A stretch of DNA of 64,000 bases from Geminicoccaceae bacterium (GTDB taxonomy: Bacteria; Pseudomonadota; Alphaproteobacteria; Geminicoccales; Geminicoccaceae), in the NCBI GenBank assembly GCA_020638495.1, contig JACKIN010000003.1:127997-191996 (forward strand). The letters run 5' to 3'. The notes below the pieces were generated by a model. It ran no database searches. It saw only the letters and a list, made by a program, of their open reading frames with translations, and was not told the DNA's origin. A program made the translations under genes and the position numbers. Below, in pieces: positions 1 to 8,990 of this stretch (the stretch's first letter is position 1; each line of letters starts with the position of its first letter).

Positions 1-764
1 GGGGGCTCGATTGCCGGGGCCGGCGGCTCGATTGCCGGGGCCGGGGTAGCAGCCGCGGCGGCGGTCGCCGGCGGCGGCGCTTCGGCGGTGCTCAGCTCGC
101 GCGGGTCGGTGGTCGCCACACCGTTGGTGGCCACGGTCGACGACTTTTCGGCTGGCGGCGGGCTCTTCGCCGGTGGCTTCACGGGGGCCGGGGCCGCAGC
201 CGCCGGCGGCGACACCGCGTCGACCACCGGGGCCGCGGCCGCGGCGACCGGCAGGTCGCTCGGCAGGGGCGTGCCCTCGCAGTCGTCACCGACATTGAGC
301 CGGAAGACCCAGAGCGTGACGCGGGATTCCTTGACCAGGAACTGCCAATCCCAGACGCTCGCCACGGCGGCGAGCTGCATGCCATGGCCGGCGAGCGCCG
401 CCTGGACGAAATCCGCGCGGGCACGGGCCAGCCGATGGGCGCTCAGCGTGTCGCCGTCACGGTTGAGCCCGGGCTCGACATGGCCGATCGCCTGGGCGGT
501 CAGGAAGCAGTCGGTCGCCAGCGGCACGAGCAGCGCATCGAGCTCGGCCGCGGCTTCGGCATCCAGCTCGCCGCTGCCGGTGGCGAAGGGGATGGTGTGG
601 ACGCTGACCTGGGCGATTCGCCCGTCCTTGAGGATCAGGGGCGTCGGCTCGCTGAGCAGGTCGTCGATGGCGAGAGCGGCCCTGGTCAGCGCCGTGCAGG
701 CGAGGAAGGCGGCGAGGCCGACGATGCAACGATTGCCTAAACGCGAAACGGCGCTCTGAGCCAC
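1..764 (-). CDS. exported OmpA/MotB-like domain protein with Pro/Ala-rich C-terminal tail (partial; 3' end lies beyond the window)
   Basis: I translated a minus frame that is absent from the ORF track because it has no stop inside the window. GTG at 764 has GGAGA 8 nt upstream. The N-terminus VAQSAVSRLGNRCIVGLAAFLACTALTRAALA looks like a Sec signal peptide. IPFATGSGELD...GHVEPG...GDTLSAHRLARARADFV resembles the OmpA_C-like pattern. The tail is PAPV/PAPAIEP low complexity. The listed + ORF 88..759 is its antisense shadow. Confidence 0.5.
   Translation of the reverse strand, partial: MAQSAVSRLGNRCIVGLAAFLACTALTRAALAIDDLLSEPTPLILKDGRIAQVSVHTIPFATGSGELDAEAAAELDALLVPLATDCFLTAQAIGHVEPGLNRDGDTLSAHRLARARADFVQAALAGHGMQLAAVASVWDWQFLVKESRVTLWVFRLNVGDDCEGTPLPSDLPVAAAAAPVVDAVSPPAAAAPAPVKPPAKSPPPAEKSSTVATNGVATTDPRELSTAEAPPPATAAAAATPAPAIEPPAPAIEP
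4..45. repeat. two tandem copies of a 21-bp unit (GGCTCGATTGCCGGGGCCGGC) at the window edge
   Basis: Direct reading shows 4-24 and 25-45 are identical except for the last base. The unit is in frame in the minus-strand CDS and encodes PAPAIEP twice. The array may continue to the left of the window. Confidence 0.8.
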
Positions 765-898
765 GGGCGATGTCTCCAGGCTTCACGACCGGCCACGCGG
801 CGGCGACGCCGCACCGCACCGGCCAGCACAATGGCGAACCGGGCCGGATACTACCTGTGGTAGATCGAAATGCCTAGAGACTTTCGACTTGAGCGAGC

Positions 899-922
899 AA
901 AAACCCGCCGGCGAGCGGCGGG
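899..922 (-). terminator. rho-independent terminator downstream of rpmG
   Basis: The minus strand reads CCCGCCG-CTCGC-CGGCGGG followed by TTTTT. A second hairpin (946-975, GCCATGCGCG/CGCGCATGGC) lies between it and the rpmG stop. Confidence 0.65.
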
Positions 923-983
923 CTCGCGTGCCGAGCTGCAGCACCGCCATGCGCGAAGCGAAGGCCGCGCATGGCCCTGGTCG

Positions 984-1151
984 CTACTTGATCTTGGATT
1001 CCTTGAACTCGACATGCTTGCGGGCACGCGGGTCGTACTTCTTGAGCACGAGCTTCTCGGTGGTGGTGCGGGTGTTCTTCCTGGTCGTGTAGAAGAACCC
1101 GGTACCGGCCGAGCTCACGAGCTTGATCAGCACGGTGGACGGCTTGGCCAT
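984..1151 (-). CDS. rpmG: 50S ribosomal protein L33
   Basis: [55 protein letters not shown] is a typical 55-aa L33. I chose the internal ATG at 1151 of ORF 984..1307, which has GAGGA 7 nt upstream. Confidence 0.95.
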   Translation of the reverse strand: MAKPSTVLIKLVSSAGTGFFYTTRKNTRTTTEKLVLKKYDPRARKHVEFKESKIK

Positions 1152-1187
1152 CGCTGGATCCTCGAAAACTGGAATGCGGGAGCCCGA

Positions 1188-1216
1188 AAGATCGGGGATG
1201 GGCGCCGTCCTGTCAA
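1188..1216 (-). promoter_or_regulatory. candidate sigma70-type promoter for rpmG
   Basis: The minus strand has TTGACA (1216-1211), a 17-nt spacer, and a weak -10 GATCTT (1193-1188). Confidence 0.3.
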
Positions 1217-1243
1217 GATCGGCGGCGTTGCAGAAGCCGGCAC

Positions 1244-2275
1244 TCAGGGCCGCAGCTCGTTGCCCACGCCCCGGTTGACGAACTCCAGCGTATAGCCGGC
1301 GCGCCACGGCAGGTCCGGCTCGACGATGCCCCAGTCGACCGCCTGCAAAAAGAAGCTCTCCCAGCGTGCGTCGGTCATCGCACCCACGCCGAGCTCCAGC
1401 GCATCGCCGGAATCGACGATGCCATAGGCCTTCATGGCGTCGATCGAGTAGGCGATCTGCTCCGGCGTCATGTCGGGATTGGCCGCGAGGATCAGCGCGT
1501 TGCCCGGCCCGGGGTCGCCATAGAGATAGTCCATCCAGCCGAGGATCGAGGCGTCGACGAAGGCCTGGACGATTTCCGGGCGCTGCTCCACCAGCTCCTG
1601 GCGGGTCTGGATCAGGGTCGAGTAGCTGTCGTAGCCGGCATCGGCGAGGAGCAGGACCACCGGGTCGAAGCCGCCCATCTCCCTGATGGCGAAGGGCTCG
1701 GCGGTGACATAGCCCTGCTGCACGGCATCCGGGTTGGCGATGAACGGCGCCGGGTTGAAGGTGTAGGGCCGGATCTGCGCGTCATCCAGGCCGTAGGTGC
1801 CCTTCAACCAGGGCCAGAAGGTGAGCTGGCCGAAAGGGGCGATCAGGAGCGTGCGGCCGGCGAGGTCGTCGAGGTCGTCGATGCCGACGCCGGGGTGGGC
1901 GAGCAGCGCCTGCGGCTCCTTCTGGAAGATCGCGGCGACGGTCACGACGGGCACGCCCTCGCGCAGGAAATCGAACTGCCCGAACATGTTGCCGCCCATG
2001 TAGAAGTCGAGCCGCCCGGCGGCGATGAGCTGGCGGTGGTTCACCTGCGGCCCGCCTTCACGGATCTCCACGTCGAGCCCGCGCTCGGCGTAAAGGCCGG
2101 TTGCCAGCGCCTGGTAGAAGCCGCCATGCTCCGCCTGGGCCCGCCAGTTGGTGCCGAAGACGACCTTCTCGGCGGCGGGTGCCGGCGCCGGCAGGCAGGT
2201 CAGCAGCGCAGCCAGACCGGCCAGCACCCGGCTTGTCGTCCGCCTGTTCAGGGGCATCGATCCCGTCCGTGTCAT
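1244..2275 (-). CDS. ABC transporter periplasmic substrate-binding protein, NMT1/THI5-like (nitrate/sulfonate/bicarbonate family); orphan, with no permease or ATPase adjacent
   Basis: Start taken at the internal ATG 2275 ([37 protein letters not shown], a signal peptide). The mature part [40 protein letters not shown]...FYMGGN matches my recollection of the NMT1/SsuA-like fold family. Confidence 0.8.
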   Translation of the reverse strand: MTRTGSMPLNRRTTSRVLAGLAALLTCLPAPAPAAEKVVFGTNWRAQAEHGGFYQALATGLYAERGLDVEIREGGPQVNHRQLIAAGRLDFYMGGNMFGQFDFLREGVPVVTVAAIFQKEPQALLAHPGVGIDDLDDLAGRTLLIAPFGQLTFWPWLKGTYGLDDAQIRPYTFNPAPFIANPDAVQQGYVTAEPFAIREMGGFDPVVLLLADAGYDSYSTLIQTRQELVEQRPEIVQAFVDASILGWMDYLYGDPGPGNALILAANPDMTPEQIAYSIDAMKAYGIVDSGDALELGVGAMTDARWESFFLQAVDWGIVEPDLPWRAGYTLEFVNRGVGNELRP

Positions 2276-2315
2276 GGGGCGTCCTTGATGAGCGTGGCGC
2301 AGCGGCCGGTCGGCT

Positions 2316-3095
2316 TCAAGCGTCCGGCCGCGAATAGTCGAGCTGATGGCCGACCGGGCGAAACCCGAGACGAGCGTAGAGGGCCCGGGCGGCGTCACCA
2401 TGGGCGCCGAGCCAGGCGAATCGGCCGCCGTCGGTGAGGAAGCGGTCGAGCAGGGCCCGGCAGGCAGCCGTGCCGAGGCCGCACCGGCGGTATCCGGGCG
2501 CGGTCCAGACGCCGGCGAGCTCCGCCGCTCGCCCGTTGCCGATGAGGCAGGCGCCCGCCACCGGGTCGCCGTCCATGAGAACGACGGCGACCCGGGTGCG
2601 GCCGGAGCCGAGGTCCTCGACCATCTGCCGCGTCTCGGCGGCACGCGTCGATTCGGTCATGGACTGGCCGAATGCCGCATTGAGGGCGTCGAGCGTGGCG
2701 GCGACGAGATCGGGCGCGGTTCCCGGCCCGAGCAGCTCCACCTCGCTGGCCGGGGCACCGGTGCCCGGGCGATCCAGGATCATGACGGGCATGCGCTGGC
2801 GGCGGACGAAGCCGGCATCACCGAGCGCCAGTGCCAGATCGGGCCAGCGTTCCTCGATGAATTCGAGGCGGGCGGGGCGGCCGGCCGCCCGAAAGACGCC
2901 GTCCATGAGCCGGATCGCGGGCGGCCAGTCCGCGGGCCGGGCCACCGGCACGGCGACATTGCGGTAGAAGGGGTCGGGCTGGTGCCAGAGATGCACACGA
3001 AAGCCGCCCGCCTCGACCGGCTCGGCACCGCTGCCGGCCAGGGCGTCGAGAAGCTGGGCCTCGATCGCCGCGGGCCAGTCCACCCGCTCAATCAC
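2316..3095 (-). CDS. GNAT family N-acetyltransferase
   Basis: The C-terminal half carries the acetyl-CoA motif ELAGVWTAPGYRRCGLGTAACRALLD...ARALYARLGFRP. The start is uncertain. GTG at 3095 overlaps the upstream stop by 8 nt, and the longest ORF starts at 3143. Confidence 0.8.
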   Translation of the reverse strand: MIERVDWPAAIEAQLLDALAGSGAEPVEAGGFRVHLWHQPDPFYRNVAVPVARPADWPPAIRLMDGVFRAAGRPARLEFIEERWPDLALALGDAGFVRRQRMPVMILDRPGTGAPASEVELLGPGTAPDLVAATLDALNAAFGQSMTESTRAAETRQMVEDLGSGRTRVAVVLMDGDPVAGACLIGNGRAAELAGVWTAPGYRRCGLGTAACRALLDRFLTDGGRFAWLGAHGDAARALYARLGFRPVGHQLDYSRPDA

Positions 3096-4236
3096 CCGAC
3101 TCGATGACGGCGCAATACTGGCCGGCAGCGGCGAGTGGCGCACAGGCGGCAGCGGCCTCGGCCCGCGTGGCGAACGGGCCGCCCTCGACGCGGTAGAAGA
3201 CCCCCTTGCCCGGGACCTCGACGCGTTGCGGCAGGACCTGGCGGATCCTGGGATCGAGGTCGAGCTCGGTGGCGAGGCGGGTCCATTCCTCGTTCGCCGC
3301 GGCCGGGCTGCGCACCGAAGCGAGATGGATGGCGAAACCCCGGGGAAGCGGCGGCTTCACCGCCGGAACGGCCGCGACCGCGACCTCAGGCGCCGGCTCG
3401 GGTATTGGCGGCGCGGGCACGGGCACGACGTCGCCGGACGCTGCTGTCGGTGCCGCCTCGGGCGGGCTCGCTGCGACCTCGGGTGCCGCCACCGCTGCCG
3501 GGGCCGGAGCTGGAAGCGGGGTCGAGCCCGGACGCGGCGACGGGCGCAGCTCGAAGCCCAGCGGGTCCGTGCCGGCCGGCGTGCCCCCATCGAGCGCCCT
3601 CAGATTCTGCGCGATGCGCAGGGTCGACGGGTGGGTCGGCCCCAGCGTGTCCCTGGCGACTCCCTCGGCCCGCTCGAGCAGCGGCCGGGCGCGCTCCGGA
3701 TGGTCGGTCGCCACGTAGAGCATGGCCAGGTTGTTGAGGCTCATGGCGACCTGCGGATGGCTGTGACCGTAGGCGTCCTCGAGCAGGCGCAGCGACCGCT
3801 TGTAGAGGCGCTCGGCGTCGTCGTTGCGCCCCTGCGCGCGATGGAGCAAGGCGAGGTTGTTGAGGCTCGCCGCGAGGTTCGGATCGTCCGTGCCGCTCTT
3901 CGCCTCGTCCAGCGCCAGGGCGCGCAGATAGAGGGGCTCGGCCTCGTCGTAGCGGCCGAGCAGCCGGTAGAGCTCGGCCAGGTTGTTCAGGTCGGTCGCC
4001 GTCTCGGGCGCGCCCTCGCCGAAGCGCTCCTCGGACTGATCGAGGGCGGTGACGAAATACGGCAGGGCCTCGGTGTAGCGCCCGGCATAGAAATGCTCGA
4101 GCCCGATGGCATAGGGATCGGGCGGCAGTTGCGCCCGGCCGGTGGCGGGCAGGCCGGCGACCAGCAGCAGCAGGGCCACGCGGACACAGGTCCGAAGCTG
4201 CACCCGCATCGTGCGATGTTCCATGAGGCCATACAC
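3088..4236 (-). CDS. exported TPR-repeat protein with C-terminal SPOR (septal peptidoglycan-binding) domain
   Basis: Signal-like N-terminus (MRVQLRTCVRVALLLLVAGLPATGRAQ). Four to five kinesin-light-chain-type TPRs follow (LNNLAELYRLLGRYDEAEPLYLRAL, LNNLALLHRAQGRNDDAERLYKRSL, LNNLAMLYVATDH). Then a Pro/Ala linker and FAIHLASVRSPAAANEEWTRL...GVFYRVEGGPFATRAEAAAACAPL, which is SPOR-like. Possible starts are at 4236 (GTG), 4224 and 4209 (ATG). Confidence 0.8.
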   Translation of the reverse strand: MYGLMEHRTMRVQLRTCVRVALLLLVAGLPATGRAQLPPDPYAIGLEHFYAGRYTEALPYFVTALDQSEERFGEGAPETATDLNNLAELYRLLGRYDEAEPLYLRALALDEAKSGTDDPNLAASLNNLALLHRAQGRNDDAERLYKRSLRLLEDAYGHSHPQVAMSLNNLAMLYVATDHPERARPLLERAEGVARDTLGPTHPSTLRIAQNLRALDGGTPAGTDPLGFELRPSPRPGSTPLPAPAPAAVAAPEVAASPPEAAPTAASGDVVPVPAPPIPEPAPEVAVAAVPAVKPPLPRGFAIHLASVRSPAAANEEWTRLATELDLDPRIRQVLPQRVEVPGKGVFYRVEGGPFATRAEAAAACAPLAAAGQYCAVIESGD

Positions 4237-4280
4237 GGGCTCGCTCTTAGAGGCTCGCGGCTACGTCGTCCATGGCTGCG

Positions 4281-5387
4281 TCAGTCGGCGAGCCGGCCGT
4301 CGCTGGAGAGCAGGATCGCGACCGGGCGGGTCGGCTCGAACTTGCTCAGGACGATGGCCAGGAGCGCCGTCAGCGGCACGCAGAGGAACATGCCGGCGAC
4401 GCCCCAGATGCTGCCCCAGAGGGTGAGCGAAAGGATGATGACCAGCGGGCTCAGGTTGAGGGTGCGCCCCATGAGCCGCGGCTCGACCAGGTTGCCGAGC
4501 ACGGCCTGGATCAGGCTCAGGCACGCGAGCACGAGGAGGAAGATGCCGATATCGCCGAACTGCAGGAGCGTCAGGAGGGTCGGCAGGAGCACGGCGAAGA
4601 GCGAGCCGATGCTGGGAATGAAGTTGAAGAGGAAGATCAGGAGCGCCCAGAAGCTGGCGAAGTCGACCCCGACCGTCGCCAGCACGGCATAGCAGAGGAC
4701 GGCGGTGAGCAGGCTGACCAGCGTCTTGATCCAGAGATAGCCCTCGATCCGCCGCTCGATCTCGAGGAGCGACTGCCGCAGGCTCGCGGTGCGCAGAGGG
4801 TCGGTGAAGAGGGCGCCGAGCTTGCGCTGGAAGCTCGACTGCTCGAGCATCAGGAAGGCCACGTAGAGCATGACCAGGCCGGCGCTGCCGACCAGCGAGC
4901 CGAGGCCGGCGGTGAGCGAGCCGAGCAGCCCGACGAGATCAACGCGGCCGACCAACTCGGTGACGGTGGGTGTCCGCTCGATCCCGAAAGCGCCGAGAGC
5001 CCGGGCGATGAGCTGGTTCATGTTGGCCTGGTAGACGGGGGCCGCGGCGCGCACCTGGGCGATGTTGCTGGCGCTGATGCCGATGATCAGCCAGCCGAAA
5101 TAGAGCATGGTGAGGACGGCGAGGAGCCGGCAGAGGGCGGGCGGCAGGCGAAGCGCGCCGATGCCGACACGGCCATAGGCACGGCCGATCGCGTTGATCA
5201 GCAGCCAGATGAGCACGGCGATGGCGAGCGGGATGAGGAAGCGGCTGCCGAAGATCAGGACCGACCCGACGAACGCCGAGCCGACCATGAAGCCGATCCA
5301 CAAGACCGGGCGAGCCAGTGCCGTCGCGAGCCCTGCCATGATATCCCCTGGTTCGACCGGTTTGCCGTCGCTGGCGTGATCTGCCAT
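4281..5387 (-). CDS. AI-2E family transporter (PerM/UPF0118)
   Basis: Polytopic membrane protein with the family-typical C-terminal stretch LVEPRLMGRTLNLSPLVIILSLTLWGSIWGVAGMFLCVPLTA. Start taken at ATG 5387 (MADHASDGKP). Confidence 0.85.
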   Translation of the reverse strand: MADHASDGKPVEPGDIMAGLATALARPVLWIGFMVGSAFVGSVLIFGSRFLIPLAIAVLIWLLINAIGRAYGRVGIGALRLPPALCRLLAVLTMLYFGWLIIGISASNIAQVRAAAPVYQANMNQLIARALGAFGIERTPTVTELVGRVDLVGLLGSLTAGLGSLVGSAGLVMLYVAFLMLEQSSFQRKLGALFTDPLRTASLRQSLLEIERRIEGYLWIKTLVSLLTAVLCYAVLATVGVDFASFWALLIFLFNFIPSIGSLFAVLLPTLLTLLQFGDIGIFLLVLACLSLIQAVLGNLVEPRLMGRTLNLSPLVIILSLTLWGSIWGVAGMFLCVPLTALLAIVLSKFEPTRPVAILLSSDGRLAD

Positions 5388-5455
5388 AGCACGCCCGCTC
5401 GAAACATTGGATGCGGCGGCGCGCCTTGTGTCGGCCGCACGAAAGGTGATGCCGA

Positions 5456-6748
5456 ATGCCTCTTGCGACGCCAGCAGGTTATCGAGCACTCGACGAGGCC
5501 ACGCTCGCCGCCTACCTGGAAACCGTGCCGACCATCGCCGGCCGGCTCGGCGGGGCCGCCGCCGACTGGCGGGTCGCCGAGGTGGGCGACGGCAACCTCA
5601 ATCTCGTCTTCCTCGTCGAAGGCCCGAATGACGGCGTCTGCGTCAAGCAGGCCCTGCCCTATGTGCGCCTGGTGGGCGACGGCTGGCCCCTGCCGCTGGA
5701 GCGGGCCTGGTTCGAGCACGAGGCGACGCAGATCCAGGCGCGGCATGCGGCCGAGCGGCTGCCGGCGATCCTGCACTACGACCCGCAGCTCTATCTCATC
5801 GCGATGGAGCGCCTGGCGCCGCACATCATCATGCGGCGCGGCATGATCGCCGGCACGGTCTATCCGGCCTTCGTCGACCATATGGTCGAGTACACGGCGA
5901 ACGCGCTCTACTTCACCTCCGACCTGGCGCTCCGGGCGGGAGAGAAGAAGCGGCTGGTGGCCCAGTTCGCCGGCAACACCGAGCTCTGCAAGATCACGGA
6001 AGATCTGATCTTCACCGATCCCTACCGGATCGCCGAGCTCAATCGCTGGACCAGCCCGGAGCTCGACGACGTGGCCCTGGCCATCCGCGGCGACGACGGG
6101 CTCAAGCGGGCGGTCTCGCTGCTCAAGCTCAAGTTCCTCAGCCGCGGCGAGGCGCTCCTGCACGGCGACCTGCATACCGGCTCGATCATGGTGACCGCTA
6201 CCGACACGAAGGTCATCGATCCCGAGTTCGCCTTCTTCGGGCCGATGGGCTTCGACGTCGGCAAGCTGATCGGCAATCTCCTGCTCAGCTATTTCAGCCA
6301 GGCCGGGCACGAGCAGGAGGCGGGCGAGCGGGACGACTACCGGGCCTGGATCACGGCGACGATCGAGCGCTTCTGGAACGGCTTCGAGCGCCGCTTCATC
6401 GAGCTCTGGCTCGCCAACCGCACCGGCGACGCCTTTCCGGCGGATCTCTTCGAGAACGCCGACACGGAGGGCTCGGACGCGGGCCGCCGGTCGCTCGGCC
6501 AGGCGCAGCACATCTTCATGCGCGAGCTCTTCGAGGACTGCCTCGGCTATGCCGGCTGCTCGATGATCCGCCGCATTCTCGGGCTCGCCCACAATATCGA
6601 CATGGAGTGGATCGAGGACCAGGGCCGGCGGGCCGCCTGCGAGCGCCGCACGCTCGGCCTCGCCGTCGACCTCGTCAAGCAGGCCCGCCAGATCCCGTCG
6701 ATCGAGGCGGTGACGGCGAAGGCCGCAGCGCTTCAGGCGGCGGCGTAG
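5456..6748 (+). CDS. mtnK: S-methyl-5-thioribose kinase
   Basis: YRALDEATLAAYLETVP...WRVAEVGDGNLNLVFLVEGP...VCVKQALPYVRLVGDGWPLPLERAWFE and HGDLHTGSIMV...VIDPEFAFFGPMGFDVG are MtnK hallmarks. Confidence 0.9.
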   Translation: MPLATPAGYRALDEATLAAYLETVPTIAGRLGGAAADWRVAEVGDGNLNLVFLVEGPNDGVCVKQALPYVRLVGDGWPLPLERAWFEHEATQIQARHAAERLPAILHYDPQLYLIAMERLAPHIIMRRGMIAGTVYPAFVDHMVEYTANALYFTSDLALRAGEKKRLVAQFAGNTELCKITEDLIFTDPYRIAELNRWTSPELDDVALAIRGDDGLKRAVSLLKLKFLSRGEALLHGDLHTGSIMVTATDTKVIDPEFAFFGPMGFDVGKLIGNLLLSYFSQAGHEQEAGERDDYRAWITATIERFWNGFERRFIELWLANRTGDAFPADLFENADTEGSDAGRRSLGQAQHIFMRELFEDCLGYAGCSMIRRILGLAHNIDMEWIEDQGRRAACERRTLGLAVDLVKQARQIPSIEAVTAKAAALQAAA

Positions 6749-7587
6749 GCCCCGCTGGCGGCAGGCGCCGGGCAGCGCCACACCTCGTCCTGGACCAGGG
6801 CGTCGCCGATCCGGTACGCCTCGCTGAACCGGTCGAGCCCGTGCCGGCCGCCATTGACCAGCCGCCGGGCGCGGCCGAGGTCGCCCTCGAGCAGCGCCTC
6901 CTTGATCGGCCGGCGTCGGCTGGCGAGGAAGGCCGCGAGCACGCGCGCCGCCTCGCCCGGCAGGGCCGCCCGCTCCGGGTTGCGCTCGAGCAGGTCGGCG
7001 AGCCCGATCATCTGGCCGATGCGCCGGTAGTTGGCCCGGCCGGTGAGCTGGACGAAGCCCCTGCCCTTGTAGCGGTCGCCGTCCGGCCGGCCGCGATTGC
7101 CGAGATCGGCGCGCTGGTCGTAGAGGTCGAAGGCGTGGCCGCCGGGCGAGGTGTTGAAGCGCGACGGCAGCTCGTCGACCGGCTCGAAGGTCTCGGTCTC
7201 GGCACGGATGGTCGCCAGCGCCATGAGCACCATGGGCTTGTCGACGAGGGCGAGCTGGCGGAGCGCCACCAGCACGACCGGCAGATGCCGGGCGATGCTG
7301 TCGAGGCGCGTGTAGGGGAACATGGCCGAGACCAGCTCGAGGTCGATCCGGCCGGTGACGTCGGTCGGCAGCACGGCACCGTCGCCCTCGAGCTTCGCCC
7401 GGGTGACCGGGCCGACAATGCCATCCGGCAGGAGGCCGTGGGCCCGCTGGAAAGCGATGAGCGCCGCCTCGGTGCCCGGGCCGAACCGGCCGTCGATGGC
7501 GCCCGGACGGAAGCCCCTGCCCGCCAGTGTCTGCTGCAGGCCTTCGACCTCGACACCCTGCATCCCACGCCGAAGGACCGGACCCAT
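6733..7587 (-). CDS. peptidoglycan-binding (PG_binding_1) + GH19/COG3179 lysozyme-chitinase-like muralytic enzyme, endolysin-like, no signal peptide
   Basis: N-terminal GLQQTLAGRGFRPGAIDGRFGPGTEAALIAFQRAHGLLPDGIVGPVT is a PG_binding_1 repeat. The core ATIRAETETF...DLGNRGRPDGDRYKGRGFVQLTGRANY...RLVNGGRHGLDRF matches the GH19 endolysin pattern. ATG at 7587 has GAGGTG 5 nt upstream. Confidence 0.8.
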   Translation of the reverse strand: MGPVLRRGMQGVEVEGLQQTLAGRGFRPGAIDGRFGPGTEAALIAFQRAHGLLPDGIVGPVTRAKLEGDGAVLPTDVTGRIDLELVSAMFPYTRLDSIARHLPVVLVALRQLALVDKPMVLMALATIRAETETFEPVDELPSRFNTSPGGHAFDLYDQRADLGNRGRPDGDRYKGRGFVQLTGRANYRRIGQMIGLADLLERNPERAALPGEAARVLAAFLASRRRPIKEALLEGDLGRARRLVNGGRHGLDRFSEAYRIGDALVQDEVWRCPAPAASGAYAAA

Positions 7588-7712
7588 GCAGCACCTCGCA
7601 AGATGTATGATTTTTTTCCTATATCAGACTCGCCCTACCCTGGCAAGCGAGGCTCGTGCCGATCCTCGCCATGCTCTATCAAGCCGGCGCGGAAAGCCTT
7701 GAGGAGACCTCC

Positions 7713-8804
7713 ATGTTGATCGACGGCAAGCCCTATCGGACCATCTGGGTCGCGGAGGACGGGGTGACGGTGCGGGTGCTCGACCAGGCCGTGCTGCCCC
7801 ACGAGGTGAAGGTGCTCGACCTCGCGGACCTCGAGAGCGCCGCCGTGGCGATCACCACGATGCGGGTTCGGGGTGCGCCGCTGATCGGGGCGACGGCAGC
7901 CTACGGGGTCGCCCTCGCCATGCGCGCCGATCCGACCGATGCCGGCCTGGAGGCGGCCGTCGCGCGGCTGACCAAGACCCGACCCACGGCGGTCAACCTG
8001 CGCTGGGCGCTGGAGCGGATGCAGAAGGCGCTCGCCAACCAGCCGCGCGAGCGGCGGGTGGCGCTGGCCATGGAGGAGGCGGCGCGGATCTGCGACGAGG
8101 ACGTGGCGATCTGCGAGGCGATCGGGGCGCACGGTCTGAAGCTGATCGAGGCGGTGGCGGCGCAGAAGCCGGGCGAGACGGTCAACATCCTCACGCACTG
8201 CAATGCCGGCTGGCTCGCCACCATCGACCAGGGCACGGCCACGGCCCCCATCTACGCGGCGCAGGCGAAGGGGATTCCGTTGCATGTCTGGGTCGACGAG
8301 ACCCGGCCGCGCAACCAGGGGGCAGCGCTCACCGCCTTCGAGCTGCTGCAGCAGCAGGTGCCGCACACCGTGGTCGTCGACAATGCCGGCGGTCACCTGA
8401 TGCAGCACGGCAAGGTCGACCTCTGCATCGTCGGCACCGACCGGACGACCGCCACGGGCGACGTCTGCAACAAGATCGGCACCTACCTGAAGGCGCTGGC
8501 GGCCAAGGACAACGGCGTGCCGTTCTACGTGGCGCTGCCGTCGACGACGATCGACTGGACCATCCGGGACGGGGTGAGCGAGGTGCCGATCGAGGAGCGT
8601 GCCGCCGAGGAGGTGACGGTGATGAGCGGGCGGACGGCCGACGGGCGGATCGAGAGCGTGCGCATCACGCCCGAAGGCAGCCCGGCGGCGAATTTCGCCT
8701 TCGACGTGACGCCCGCCCGGCTGGTCTCGGGCCTGATCACGGAGCGCGGCGTGGCCGAGGCGAGCCCGGAGGGCCTGCGCCGGCTCTTCCCGGACGCTCC
8801 GTGA
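7713..8804 (+). CDS. mtnA: S-methyl-5-thioribose-1-phosphate isomerase
   Basis: [47 protein letters not shown] and [19 protein letters not shown] are eIF-2B/MtnA family motifs. ATG at 7713 is preceded by GAGGAG. Confidence 0.9.
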   Translation: MLIDGKPYRTIWVAEDGVTVRVLDQAVLPHEVKVLDLADLESAAVAITTMRVRGAPLIGATAAYGVALAMRADPTDAGLEAAVARLTKTRPTAVNLRWALERMQKALANQPRERRVALAMEEAARICDEDVAICEAIGAHGLKLIEAVAAQKPGETVNILTHCNAGWLATIDQGTATAPIYAAQAKGIPLHVWVDETRPRNQGAALTAFELLQQQVPHTVVVDNAGGHLMQHGKVDLCIVGTDRTTATGDVCNKIGTYLKALAAKDNGVPFYVALPSTTIDWTIRDGVSEVPIEERAAEEVTVMSGRTADGRIESVRITPEGSPAANFAFDVTPARLVSGLITERGVAEASPEGLRRLFPDAP

Positions 8805-8990
8805 GCGTCGGGCGGTTGGCTGAACGCCACATCACGACACCGTGAAACTTCGGTCATGCGATGATCCTGCGGCAATAATTCGGCGTAGACCGACGTGAAT
8901 AGGGGACCAAGGGCATCCTCGGCCGTTAGGGGCCGAGTGTCGGTGTGCCGCGGTACGCGGATCGAACCGACCTGGTGAAGGAGGAAGCGC

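Noticed and set aside
88-759. A 223-aa plus-strand ORF at the left end
   Set aside because: Its Ala/Gly/Ser/Thr-rich translation has no signal or motif. The opposite strand gives a protein with an SD, a signal peptide and an OmpA-like pattern, so I preferred the minus frame.
5255-7594. A 779-aa minus-strand ORF spanning mtnK and the endolysin-like gene
   Set aside because: It is a shadow ORF in another frame. The Arg/Pro/Gly-rich translation has no family resemblance, whereas mtnK (+) and the PG-binding/GH19 gene (a different minus frame) have clear motifs.
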